Part shown: one piece after another, positions 11,486 to 24,500 of the stretch | How positions within the stretch are numbered: position 1 is the first letter of the stretch | Layout: each line of letters starts with the position of its first letter | NCBI RefSeq assembly: GCF_000142905.1 | Contig: NW_013657671.1 | Coordinates: 434,001-498,000 of the forward strand | DNA from: Thecamonas trahens ATCC 50062 | Taxonomy: Eukaryota > Protista > Apusomonadida | Reading direction: 5' to 3' | DNA length: 64,000 bases | Program-made: the position numbers and the translations under genes | The notes under the pieces: model-generated | Databases searched by the model: none | What the model saw: the letters and a program-made list of their open reading frames with translations, nothing else | Told to the model about the DNA's origin: nothing

Positions 11486-14400
11486 TTACACGTCGCGGAG
11501 GAGTAGTGAAGGAAGCGGGGGTGGGGCAGGAATTGAAGCTGATGTCGGCGATGACGCGGATGAAGACGAGGTTGCCGTCGATGACGTAGCATGTGAGGAG
11601 GAGCTAGAGTCGGATGCCAGGCGCGAGGTGGTGGGGGAGGTCGGCGTGATCGGAGAGAAGGGCGAGAGCGGAGAGCACGGCGAGCAGACGGTAAGGCGGG
11701 CGCCGGGCGGATCAGTGGGAATGCTGAGCGAGAGGTTAGGAAAGATGCTTGTAGTGGGCGAAACCGAGACCGAGCTGTGTGGCGAGCTTGATCGTGGGCT
11801 GATTGACATTGCGGTGGCGGAGACGCCCGAGCCATGCGACGCGAGACCCGCCACGGCATCGGTGTTGAGAAAAACGGCCGAGGCTGACGGCAGACCGACG
11901 AGTGTGTCCATGCCCGAGGCAGCCACGTAGGCCTGGCCCGGAACAAAGGCAACGCCTGTCGTGTCTTCGATACAGGACGCGTCGGTGAGCGAGTCGATGT
12001 CAATGACCGAGATCTCGATGTCGGACGACTTTCCATGGGCAGCAAACTCAAAGTCGACCTCGCCGGTGTCGCGGTCGCGGATCCACCAAACTTCGTAGAC
12101 GATGGCAACAACGACAATAAAGAGGGTGGCAAGCAGCGCGGTGATGACCACGGCGTCGCGGAGGTGGCTTGATCCCTGCATGGTGCCGCCCCAGAGGAGA
12201 ACTACGGCTCCGGCGCTAACGGCTCCATCCAATATGTTGTGGTGCTCTTCAGCGTAAGGGCGATGTCTGTGGATGAGGGCATGCACGATGCTGGCAAGGA
12301 TGCCGAGACCGATGACGTGGGCTTTGGCGCTCGGCGACCGCAGCGCGCACACGGCGACCACCATGGCAAGCTTCCTTCCGAGCACCACATTCTCGTACCA
12401 ATACAGATCCGGCCGGTACTTGGCGACGAGGAATGCATACTTGGTGAGAAAGCTGAGATCGTCCAGCTGCTGCTTCTTGCGGCGAAGGAAGACTCCAAGG
12501 CCAACTGGGATAATCAACCCGTAGGCGAGGGCGACGATGATGATGAGGGGTAGGGTGGCGTACCACGCCACAGTGTAACAGCGCTGGTGTGGATTGGTTG
12601 TCATGACCACGATTCCCCCGCCGACGTCTGTGCAGTCGACATACCGCAGCGCAGAGTACATCAGCGGCATGTAGAGCAAGAGGAGCGTCTGTAGATAGCC
12701 GCGCCCGGCGGCGTCGACTAGCTGCCTGTTGGGGGCAAAGAGCGCCCTAGCGTGCGCGCCGACGCCTGCGCGTCCTTGTGCGACGCGGCGATTATGGCGC
12801 AGCGCGCTCCCGACCGAGGCACAGCACGTGACAAGGCCAAAGGGAAGAAGGAAGAGCATCGGCAGCGCCATGGTCACGCCCCACTTGAACATCCAAACAT
12901 CGCCGACGTCGAGCCCGCACTCTGGCGAAGCGAGGTCAAAGTTGAGGTTGACAAGTGAGACGGCGTCAAAGATGGCGGCGGCAACAGGATGCCAACGCAG
13001 TCGGATGGTGCCGTAAAGGGCCACGGCTTGTAGCGAGTTGAGCGCAATGACAAACGCGGCGTATCCGTACATGTTTGTCTCGCGTGTGTTGAGCCAGAGG
13101 ACAACAGTGGCGTAGACAAAGAAGCCAAGGATGAGGAGAGCGGCCAGAGCAGCGTTGGAGCCACGGCAGCGTCGGCACCGCTCTCCAAGCCGGAACCAGC
13201 CGCGATCGCACTCGGCGCACAGCCGGCCGGTGTAGCCGACCCGGCAAGCTGTGCCACCGACGCAAGCCTCAGGCAGCGGACATGCCACAAAGAGGCCCGG
13301 GCCGTCGTCGCCTTGGCCAAAACCGGCGGCGGCGACCGGATCTGCGCGGCCGCCGAGACAGACCGCGCCGAACGGGCAAGCGACGCATGCTGCGCCACGC
13401 CGCTGGCCGCGCGCTCCGAACCAGAAACCCGGACGGCACGTGCAGTTGGTGTAGCTTTGGGATGCTTCGGGCGAGGTTGAGAACGGTGGACAGACACTAC
13501 ACTCGGGAGCGTCGATGGCGTCCGAAAAGGTGCCGGGCGCGCACGCGCTGCAACCTCCGCCGTCGACCGAGTGCTCGCCGGGCACACAGGTGGTGGCGGC
13601 AAAGACAACAAATGGTGAGCCGACAATATCCTCGCTCGAGATTTCGACCGATAGGGTGTATGTCCCACCGCGCTCGGCGACGAGGTCAAAGCCGAGGCGC
13701 GGACTCTCGCGGTACAAGATTTGGACAGATCTCTCACCGGCGCTGCCCTTGATCCGGATCGAGACGTCCGCGTCTGATGGGAGGCTTGAGACCGCATTGC
13801 CGTAGACATCGGCAACAACAACTTCGTACCGACTCGCCACGCCGGTCTCGACGCTGAGGACTGATCCGAGCACGGCGTTGTCGAGCACAGAAGCTGACGC
13901 GGCGGCTGGTCCGGGGACAACCTGGACTGTGAGCGGTGCAGCTTCAAGTGTGCGACCGTTGATGCCGAGCGTGTATGTGTACACGTCAGCAACCGTCGGC
14001 ACCGTGACTGTGGCCTCGTACTCTCCGCTGGCCAGAAAGCTGTGGGAGGCGACACGATCTGTGCCATCGGGCAGGCGTGCTGTGGGCAGGTCGAGTCCGC
14101 TGCCTGTCGGGAGATGGAAAGAGTCGCGGACGTGAAAGGCCACCACAAAAGACGATCCCGCGACGAGGACGATCGGGGCCGCGGGGGGCGTGGCGAACGA
14201 GTTGCTGATGTTGAACGAGGAGCAGAACGGGGTCGAGGCCGAGACACTCCACTCCGAGTCCCCGCCGCAAATCGAGGTCGAGGGACCGACAAGCGAAAGG
14301 CCCCCGGTGCAGACAAAGGAGCATGACTCGCCAAAGATGCCACGGCCCGTGCCATTTGAGCAGGTGATGACAATGTCCGGCGGCGGGACCAGCGGCGGGC

Positions 14401-15483
14401 AAGAGACATAGGCGCAGACGGCCTCACTTCCAGACCAAGTCCCATCAGAGCAGACGCGCAGAGCCGAGCCTGAAATGAGGTCGATTCCGGGATCGCAGAT
14501 GACTGTGGCGGTCGAGCCGGTGTAGCCGTAGTTGGAGAACGAGAGCGAGCCGTTGGACGGCGGCGCAAAGAGCGGGCATGCATAGGGCGGCGGTGGCGAG
14601 GGCGGTGCCGGTGGCGAGGGCGGCGGCGGCGGCGATGGGATACATTGAACCGCCGGAGGGAGAGCTGACCAGATGCCATCCACGCATGTGACCGAGTTTC
14701 CCGGTCCGGCGCCGACGAGGGTGAGGCCGCCGGAGCAGGTGATGGTGACGGCGTCGCCAAATGGCACGGCAGTGGTCGAGGTGATGGGCGAGACCGAGAC
14801 CGAGGCGTCCGTGACTGGAGGATAAGGATGACATACGTGGTAGTAGGTGAGGTTGAGCGAGCTCGGCGTGGCGTTGGCCGAGTACTTGCGCTGTGGCTTG
14901 CAGCCGATGCAGTCGAGCGAGAGCAGGACGACGAGCGACGTGGTAGAGCTGGTACTGGTGATGGCGTCCTGGGCCACAACGTCGAGTGGGATCTCAAACG
15001 GGTTCAACTGCGATGTTGCCGGCCAGGACTGGATCGGGCCGACGCGTGGGACGGCGTCAAGGCCGTACGAATCAGACCAGGGGGCGAGGAAAGGGCGGTG
15101 CCGACCGCCGGATCGTCGTATTGGTACGCCTGCAGATGCCAGACCGCCGACGAGGCGGCATCGGCTTTCTTGAGGCGGGCGAGCGTGATCTTGGTATCTG
15201 TCGGAACCATAAACACACTGCCATTGGTGGGGAGCGAGAGAGATCCCAGAGGGAGACGGAGAGCAATGACATGGTCGCGCATAGAGATGGTGCCGGGAAT
15301 TTCGATGGAATTTCCAGAACTGGTCTCCATGGCGCGGACATCGACTGCGGGGTCCAGCGGCTCGTCAAGGAGGAGCAGCGTGGCGGCATGACATGTGTGT
15401 GCATACAGCACGAGCACAAGCATGGCAGCCGCGACATTGGCCTTGGTTCCGTGGCGTGAGGGATGAGAGCGGGGAGGGATCAT
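11486..15483 (-). CDS. Large cell-surface multipass protein: signal peptide, 3 Sushi/CCP, filamin/Ig-like repeats, Cys-rich ephrin-receptor-like repeats, multi-TM C-terminus; frameshift ~15080
   Basis: Sushi patterns (CDPGIDLISGSALRVCSDGTWSG), filamin-like DVYGN and DIVGSPF, CAPGTFSD/CTCRPGFW/GYTGRLCAEC, then many hydrophobic helices with YRPDLYWYE. Upstream ORF 15004-15570 supplies the signal peptide MLVLVLYAHTCHA. Confidence 0.7.
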
Positions 15484-16241
15484 GACGGGCGAGTTTGGGG
15501 AACAATGAAAATATTTCTCACGCGGCGTCGGCACGCGTGCGGACTGAGGCCACGGAGCGACAAAGGGCAATAGTGGAGGATATACAGGGTTCCCGGTAAT
15601 AGGCTTGGACTCGGACGGTAGGTAAACGCTTGTATAATGCTATGCAGGGAGTAACGGGACCGGGGACTTTCTGTGGATAGACGATAGAGGCCGTGGAACA
15701 AAGGGGAAGACCAAGTCGGTGGCACGTGCGGAGAGAGATATGCGGGGCCTACTACCGCAGTCCCGCAGCATCGAATACAGACAGTGGAGAAGGAGAGGAC
15801 TACAGGGTCGACGAGGGCCGTTATCGCATTGTGCTTTGGTTGTAGATCGGGCTTGGATTGGGTGCCAGACCGGAGCTCGGCCTCCTGGACAGAAGCCGTG
15901 GCTTGGCGGGCTTCCGGCCGGGGTTCTGGCCCGAGGCTGGCTCGACGAGTGAACGCATGCAATGGCAGACCAGGACAAGGAATTTGACTTTGAGCATGGT
16001 GCGATGGGGCGGATTGATAGGCCCCATGTTGGGAGCCCGCACATATGCCCAGGAGCATGCTCCAGGCTCTCGAGTACTCTGGTCTCAAGACCAAGCAAGG
16101 ACGCTGATGGTTCGCGGCCGGTGGCCCGGTGCCACGCAGCACTCGTTGGGCCGGCCAACCACCAACCAACCCACAGGCCACCGGTCGCCACTCGCCACTC
16201 ACCGACACCAGTTGCCACCACTCGTCACCAGCCAGCACATC

Positions 16242-19200
16242 ATGTCGACCTGCACGTATGCAACCACGGGGGCAAACTTCAAGTACCAGGTACGAGACCT
16301 TCCCCACCCACCCATCCTCTCCACACATGTCCATGCCAATAGCTCTACCGCCCCCCAACCCCCCCCCCCCCCCCCACCCCCCACCCCCCCCTCTCGTAAC
16401 CGGCCCCTTCCCTCTGTCTACCTCTGCCCAGCTCTGTCTTTCTTTCCATTGGTTTTTCTTCCGTTCCCCCCGCGACTTTCCACCTCCTCCCACCAACNNN
16501 NNNNNNNNNNNNNNNNNNNNNNNNNNNNNNNNNNNNNNNNNNNNNNNNNNNNNNNNNNNNNNNNNNNNNNNNNNNNNNNNNNNNNNNNNNNNNNNNNNNN
16601 NNNNNNNNNNNNNNNNNNNNNNNNNNNNNNNNNNNNNNNNNNNNNNNNNNNNNNNNNNNNNNNNNNNNNNNNNNNNNNNNNNNNNNNNNNNNACCCCCCC
16701 CCCACCACACACACTCCATCCCCCACAAACCAGCCCATCTCCTTCCCCTTTCCCCTTCCTTCCCCTACCAGCATTCCTACCTCCCCCCCCCCTCTCGCCC
16801 TGGCAGAAGCCAGCCGAATAGCTGAAAAATCGAATCGAACAAAGCCGGCCCCCATCGCCCTCCCCTCCTTCTCCCCCCACACCCGCAGACTCACACATTG
16901 ATGGACTTGGAGGGGATACAGGAGTGGTACGAGTGCGCTACGTGTGGGATGAACAACGGGTCTGGTGTGTGTGCCGTGTGCGCTATGCAGTGCCACCGCG
17001 GGCACAACCTGTCGGCGCCCAAGCACTCCAAGTTCTACTGCGATTGTGGGGCCGGCGGGTGCCAAGCCATGTCTGGCGGGAAGAAAAAGACCAAGAAGGT
17101 GCTGAAGGTCGCAAAGCGGGCACCGGCAAAGCAGCAGTTGCAGCAGCAGCCGCTGGCACTGCGGCAGGTGCAGCAGATGCAGCAGATGGCGGCGCAGCAG
17201 CAGAGCCTGGCAGCGCCGATGGCCCAGATGCAGCAGCAGCTGGCGCGCGGGCAGCAGAGCTCGGCGGCGACGGCCAAGCGGTCGGGCGTGTCGTACGAGC
17301 CGCGGCCGATGCAACAGGCTGCGCTGCGGGCGGTGAGCCGGGTGGCGGATGCGTCGGCGGTGCCGCGTGCACGGTCGTACGTGCCGAACGACCTGCGCGT
17401 GGACGTTAACTCGCCGGTGATCCGGCTGCCGCCCGGGTACTTTGTGCATGTGCTGGACACCAACTCGAACGTGACGCGGGTGCACCAGGGCCCGGCGACG
17501 CTGACGACGATGGACCACGAGCAGATTGTGCTTGGCCCGCGGGCAATGATCGTTGTTCCACCTGCACACTACTGCGTGGTGGCGGATCCTGTGGTCCGCG
17601 ACGACGCCGGTGAGCCAGTGGTCGAGGACGGGCAGTTCAAGGTTGCATTTGGCGAGCGCAAGGTTGTGGTAAGCGGCGAGCCGTTCCTGTTGTACCCGGG
17701 CGAGTCGATGGCGAGCGGGGTGACACCGCTGTTTGTGGTGCCCGAAGGCTCTGCGCTGCGGCTGCGGTCGGACCGCGAGTTTACCGACGGCGAGGGCGTG
17801 GTGCGGCCTGCGGGCTCGGAGTGGTATGTCCGCGGCCCGCAGACGTACACGCCGCTTGTCGAGGCGACGCCTGTGGAGCTTGTGTACGCGGTTCCACTCG
17901 AGCCGACGCAGGCGCTGCGGCTGGCAGCGCGGTCGAACACGGTCGACGCGGGCGGCAAGGCGCGGTCGACTGGCGAGGAATGGCTTGTCCGCAACGAGTT
18001 CAGCTACCTGCCTGGCGTGGAGGAGATTGTGCGTGGCATTGTGGATCCGATTGTGCTCTCGCCGACGCAGGCACTGCACATGCGGGCGACGCAGTCGTGC
18101 ACCGATGGGCTGGGCGTGGCGCGTAAGGCCGGCTCGCAATGGCTGCTGACGCGGGCCGACGCGGCGGCTTACATTCCGGGCGTGTTTGAGCAGGTTGTGG
18201 GTGTTGTCGACGCCATTGTACTGATGGCGAACCAGTATGTGGTGGTGGTTGATCCGGTCGATGCCAACGGCGTGCCGCAGCTCGGGCGCGCCGAGGTCCG
18301 CCGCGGCGAGGCCTCGTTCTTCCTGCACCCGGGAGAGTCGCTCCACGACGGCATCCAGGAGGTGCAGGTCCTTGGCAAGCAAGAGGCGCTTCTCTGCCGG
18401 GCGACCGAGTCGTTTGAGGACGCCGGTGTGGCGGGCGCGGACGAGGCGGGTGCGTCGGGACCGATTGCGCGCGGTGCCGGTGACCGGTGGCTCGTCGAGG
18501 GTCCGTGCGAGTACCTCCCGCCTGTGTGCGTGCAGGTCCTCGACCGGCGGTCTGCCATTCCGCTCGACAAGAACGAGGGCATCTACGTCCGCGACTGCTC
18601 GTCCGGCGCGGTGCGGTCTGTGACTGGCTCGTCGTACCTGCTCCGCGAGAACGAGGAGCTGTGGGAGAAGGACCTTCCCGAGAGTGTGGAGCAGCTGCTT
18701 GTGCGCTACGGCGGCGCGGCGGCACGGGTTAAGCACCGTGTTGTCTCGTTCCGGGTCCCGCACAACGCGGTGGCGCAGATCTACGACTACCGGCGCAAGT
18801 CTGCGCGGCTTGTGTTTGGGCCAGGCATGGTGATGCTCGAGCCCGACGAGCAGTTTACGCAGCTGACGCTGTCGGGCGGCAAGCCGAAGCGGTCGGGCGC
18901 GATCCGCGACGTCATTCTCCGGCTCGGCCCGGACTACATGACCGACATTCTCAATGTGGAGACGTCGGACCACGCGCGACTCTCGCTCAAGCTCTCGTAC
19001 TCGTGGCACTTTGACGTCGACCCGGCGGACGAGTCGCCCGAGGGCCTGGCCAAGGCCCGGGCGCTGTTCTCGGTGCCGGACTTTGTTGGTGACGGCTGCA
19101 AGGCCATTGCCTCGCGGGTTCGTGGCGTTGTCGCCTCGATTCCGTTTGACCAGTTCCATCGTAACTCGGCAGCCATCATTGCCGAGGCCGTGTTTGGCAT

Positions 19201-19945
19201 CGAGCCGACGAGTGGCAACCTTCGGACCGAGCTCCGGCTGCCGAACAACAACCTGGTCATCGACGCCGTCGACGTGCAGACGGTGGAGCCGGTGGACAAG
19301 TCGACGCGCGACTCACTCATGCGCTCGGTCCAGAACGCCATCCAGGACACGACTGACGCCGTCGAGGCCGAGGCCACCAACAAGGCGTCGCAGAAGGAGC
19401 AGCAGGCCATGGGTGAGCTGCAGCGGCAGAAGATCCTCGACGACGCCAAGATCGAGGAGGCCCGCCAGAAGCTCCTCGAGCTGCAGGCCGACTCGCGCGC
19501 CATCATGACTTCCGGTTCGGCCAAGGCTGAGGCCGAGGCCCGCGCCACCGCCCAGAAGATCACTGCCACCGCAGAGATCGAGCTTGCAGAGCTCCGCGCC
19601 ACCGCTGCCAACGCGCTCTCCGAGTCGGAACTCGCCCGCATGGCCGCCTACCAGCAGGCTGAAATCGACCACCAGCGCGCCCTCAACGACATTGAGGCCG
19701 AGCGCTCCGACAAGCTGGTCAACCTCGAGGTTTCCTCGTTCAAGACCACCGTCGACGCCATCGGAGCAGACGTCCTCACCACCATTGCGCAGGCCGGGCC
19801 CGAGATGCAGGCTCAGCTGCTGCAGTCGCTCAACCTCAAGACAACCGTCCTTACCGACGGCACCTCACCCATCAACCTCTTCAACTCGGCCAACGGCCTG
19901 GTCGGCGCCGCCTCGTCCGCCGCGTCGGCCTCGGCCTCGGGTTGA
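16242..19945 (+). CDS. MVP: Major vault protein with N-terminal UBR-box zinc finger and Gln-rich linker; exons 16242-16289, 16922-19945
   Basis: MVP repeats (VIRLPPGYFVHVLDTNSNVTR, GEPFLLYPGE, FFLHPGE, IPLDKNEGIYVRD), shoulder domain (LGPDYMTDILNVETSDHARLSL, FSVPDFVGDGCKAIASRVRG) and cap (AGPEMQAQLLQSL, TDGTSPINLF). The spliced N-terminus reads MSTCTYATTGANFKYQ/EWYECATC...CAVCAMQCHRGH...FYCDCG. Confidence 0.95.
16498..16692. other. Assembly gap (N run) inside the predicted first MVP intron
   Basis: Run of N. Confidence 0.99.
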
Positions 19946-20046
19946 AGTCCCAAATGAATGCCCCCGCCCCCCCCCCCCCCCCCCCCCCCCCACCACACAC
20001 ACACACACACACACACGCACACACACTTGTCTCCACACTCTGTGCC

Positions 20047-21358
20047 ATGTCGCGCCGAGCAGGAGCCACCCACCTCGCACAGATCTACGGTACCGAGAGG
20101 GACAAGTACGCTCTTGCCCCTGTCTCCCCGTCCCCTTCCCCCTTTCCCTGTGCCCCCGGCTCGCTCTCCACCCCTTACCCCTCACCCCCGTCCACGCAGG
20201 GTCAACTGCTCGTTCTACTTCAAGATGGGCGCTTGCCGCCATGGCGATACCTGCAATCGCACACACGTGGCTCCGGCCTTTTCGCAGACTGTCATGCTGC
20301 CCAACATGTACATCCCGCCCACCACCCGCGCACAGCTCGCGCGACCGCCTCATCGCAATCTCCCAGACCCACCTCCATCCTCCTCTGCACCCGCGTGCCC
20401 ACCTGCACCCGCATCAGCATCCACGACGACAGCACCCGGACTTGAGCCATCGACATCGGCGCCCGCTTCGGCAGCTGGCCAAGAGCCGATGGAGCTTGAG
20501 ACTGGCGCAGCAGGTCCCGCCAGCTCGGCACAAGCGACCGAACCGGTTCCGGTCGACGATGAGGCGCCTTTGGTGCCCGCACGGGTACCTGATGGCGATC
20601 TGAGTGCGCCACCGTCAGCCGACGAGCTGCAGGCACACTTTGACGACTTTTATGAGGATGTGTACCTTGAGATGGCAAAGTGCGGCAAGGTGCTCGAGCT
20701 CCACACCGCCGCCAACGCGACCGAGCACCTCGCAGGCAACGTGTACTGCATGTTTGCCACCGAAGACGCCGCAGATCGCGCCGTCGCCCTTTTCCATCGC
20801 CGCTTCTTTGCAGGCCGCCAGCTGAAGTGCGAGCTCTCGCCGGTCACCGACTTTGCCGAGGCCAAGTGCAAGGAGCTCAGCCTCGGCCGCTGCAACTATG
20901 GTGTCTCGTGTAACTTTCTCCACATGCGCTACCTCTCGCCTGACGCCGCCCTCGACGTCCACGGCCGCCGTCCACCTGCCACCTTTATCATCGGCGATGA
21001 CGATCCGCGCGGCCGCGGCGGTCACGATCGCGGTGGCTACGACCGTGGCGGCTACGACCGTGGCGGCTACGACCGTGGCGGCTACGACCGTGGCGGCTAC
21101 GATCGTGGTGGCTACGATCGTGGCGGTTACGACCGGAACCGCGACCGTGACCGTGACCGCGACCGTGACCGTCACAGGGGCTATGTTGGCGATCGCGGCA
21201 GCCACGGCGGTGGTGGCTACCGCGACCGCGACCGCGGCTCCCGTGGCGGCTACGATGACTACGGCGACCGCGGAGGTCGCGGTGATCATGACCGTGGAGA
21301 CCGTGGAGACCGTGGAGACCGTGGAGACCGGGGCGACCGGGGCTCTCACCGGTACTGA
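20047..21358 (+). CDS. U2AF1: U2AF small subunit (U2AF35); exons 20047-20105, 20200-21358
   Basis: HLAQIYGTERDK/VNCSFYFKMGACRHGDTCNRTH CCCH finger, UHM HFDDFYEDVYLEM...HLAGNVY, ELSPVTDFAEAKC...CNFLH second finger; phase-2 GT-AG intron. Confidence 0.93.
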
Positions 21359-21562
21359 TAATGAAAGCTGCGCCCAGCATCCCGCGAATGCTTGCTTGCT
21401 ACCCCTGGCGTCGCCACTCGGGCGAGAAGCATCACGAAAAGGTCGTGAGACCTTTGCAGGCGCCAGTCGAGGGTACTTGACCCAACCCTCTGCAGACAAG
21501 CTATCGCTCCCAGACTCGCCGCTACTGTCGCCGCGAGTTTGCGTCACCTCTCCCCTCCTACC

Positions 21563-24500
21563 ATGTTCTTGGGAACATTGCCGGCTCATGTGCCCGCTTT
21601 ACTCTCCTGCGGCCTGTGTGACAAAGTCTGCCGCGGTCCCCAAGCCGTGGCGCAGCATCTGATCGACGTCCACAGCAGGGCGACAAGGAGGTGTGTACTT
21701 TGTGGAACAGGACTAGATGGCCAAGCCGACGCAGCCCACCACTTTGTGGACCATGTCAATAAGCTGCTCGGCCTCTCATACACCCTCGATACTGCCCTCA
21801 AGGTCACCACACCCGACGAAGAGACAAGCTTAGTCTGCAGCTGCGGTGCTGTGGTGGGGTCAGCCATGCTCGCCGACCACAAGTCGTCGTGCTCGGGCAA
21901 GTGGAACTACGCAGCCATGTTTGAGGCACTCTCGCAAGTCGGGCCTGTCCTCATTCGCTACGCAAATGACTCGAACGTCTGCTTCTCCTGCGGCCGCTCA
22001 TTCCGTACCCGTGACAAGCTCGTCTCCCATTGCAGGGCGGTGGGGCATTCTACCAACAACTTGTCGCCACGCGATGAAAGCGCTGCCGACGCTGCAGATG
22101 CCGCCGCCAACGCTGCTGCTGCCCGCAACGTCGGTGCTACGCGCAGCAAGGGGGTTAAGTCCAAGAAGAAGCCTGCATGCAAGGCTACGTCGCCGCCGCC
22201 AGCGGCTGTCGACACTAACTCTGCGCCCGGCTATCCATGCACGGCATGCGCGGGTGTGTTCCCGACCAAATCGCAGATGGAAAAGCACATTTCTGCCGTT
22301 CATCGCGAGCTCCATTGTGTGCCATGCGGCCGGTTTTTTGCCACAAGGGCGTACCGCGAGCAGCACGACCGCGACAAGCACCGCGAGAGCTCGGCCGACG
22401 CCGAGGATGCAGGCGCCAGCGCGGCTAGCGCGGTACCCGTGTTCTCAGGTGACGCCAATGGCTTTGTGTGTGCCTTCTGCCAGCACAGCTTCAACAATGC
22501 GATCCAGCTGTTCCAGCACTTGACCTCGACCGGGCACGACAAAGAAGTTGTCGACGAGCGCTTGCCGTACCAAGACGAACGGCCACGGTCTGCAATCTCA
22601 ACGCCGCAGCATGTTTGCCGCGAGTGTGGGCAGGCGTTCGCCAATGGCTCGATGCTCGAGCGGCATCTCGACCGGGTTCATCCGGACTTGGCGGCGCAGG
22701 ACGAGGCCGATCTCCGCGCAGCGGCGATGCGGGCCACGCATACCTGCTCGTGCGGACGCGACTTTCCCTCCCGCGCCGCGCTCATGCAGCACTCGCGGTC
22801 GTCTGGCCACAACCGTGGCCGGTCGACATTTGCCACTGCGCCGACCGCCATGTCGAGCGCTTCCCCGCTGTCTCAAACGGCGACTCTGCCGCCTGCTGTG
22901 GCCGGCCCTATCTGCAACCACTGTGGAATCCGGTTTGCCAACCACGATGCGCTCGATGACCATGTCCTCGAGGTGGTGCTCGAGCGCTCGCGTGCGGCCG
23001 CCGCCGCCGCCGAAGAGGAGGAGCGCAAGTTGGAGGTCGAGCGCCAGGCCGCCGCACGCGCGCAGGTACAGGCGCGAGCCGCGCAGGCCGCTGCTCGTGC
23101 GCAGGCACAGGCACAAGCCGAGGCACAAGCTCGAGCCGAGGCCCGCGCCCGCGCTGCACAGGCGCAGGCCGAGGCACAACTCCAGGCGAGGGCCCAGTCC
23201 CAGTCCCAGTCCCAGTCCCAGTCCCGCGCTTCTTTTGGTGGACTCTCCGGCCTCCACACCCGGGTGCAGCCCGAGCCATCGAGTGCGCCAGCCGGCATGG
23301 GCCTTTCGGGCCTCGCCATGCAGATACGGACCGGCAGCAGGGCGCAGGCACCGAATGGCGGCGGTGGCCTGGTGGGTCTCTCGGGCTTGGCCAGCCTTGC
23401 ACAGCAGTCGGGCCAGGGGGGAGCAAGCGCCACCGGCGGTGGTGGTCTTGGGGGCTTTGGTGGCCTCTCTGGCCTCGCCGGCCTCGCCGGAGGCGCCGCC
23501 GCCTCGCCAGCGTCGAGCTCCGCCTTTGGAGGTCTTGCGGGCGGCTTTGGCGGCCTTGCGGGCGCAAGCGGCCTCGCGCTGGGGGCGGCCTTGCGGGCGC
23601 AAGCGGCCTCGCGGCTGGGGGCGGCCTTGCGGGCGCAAGCGGCCTCGCGGCTGGGGGCGGCCTTTGCGGGCGCAAGCGGCCTCGCGGTTGGGGGCGGGCC
23701 TTGCGGGCGCAAGCGGCCTCGCGGCTGGGGGCGGCCTTGCGGGCGCAAGCGGCCTCGCGGCTGGGGGCGGCCTTGCGGGCGCAAGCGGCCTCGCGGCTGG
23801 GGGTGGCCTCGCCGGCTCAAGCGGCCTCGCGGCTGGGGGTGGCCTCGCCGGCGCAGGTGGCCTCGCCGGCGCAGGTGGCTCGAGCTGGTCTGGTCTCGCA
23901 GGCCTTGGCAGCGGAGCTGGGGGTGCCGGGGCGGGCGCCAATACGGGCACCGGTCTCGTCGGCCTGATGGCGGCGGTGGGTGGTGGCAGTGCGGCGGCAG
24001 ATGCGTTGAGCGCGGCAAGTCCCCCAGGTATTGCGAGCGGACTCCATGCGAGCTCCTTGCACACGAGCGGATTCGACAACAGCGGCGGTGACAATGATGA
24101 CGACGACGACGATGATGATGAAGATGAGCTGTTCTGGGGCTCGGTTTCGGACGAAGACGAAGTTTTGCTCGAACCGTACTCGCCCGAGTCCAAGCAGGCG
24201 GCCGCCGCCATGCCGCAGGCGGCAGCGGCGGTTGCCACTACGGCTGGGAGCAGCGGCATCGCAACGGCTATCCGCGCCATGCATGTCGACGAGAACCCGT
24301 GGGGTGGTGCGCCACCAACGTGGGAAGCGACGGCGCTCCATTGCTGCGGAAAGGAGTTTGCCACGCGCATGGCACTTGAACAGCACATGCGCGACTCGAA
24401 GAACCATCCCGAGTTTCGTGTCGTGAGCAGTGCCGGCACGGCAAACAGCTCGCCCGCGTCCGTCACAGCTGATGGCGAGTACGAGTGTCCTCAGTGCGGC

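Noticed and set aside
15484-16241. Vault RNA or other Pol III gene upstream of MVP
   Set aside because: No convincing A/B boxes or oligo-T terminator seen; an Infernal search would be needed.
16418-19159. 913-aa minus-strand ORF and many similar long antisense ORFs (e.g. 22598-24466, 38551-40470, 40875-42821)
   Set aside because: Shadows of GC-rich coding genes on the other strand; no domain motifs.
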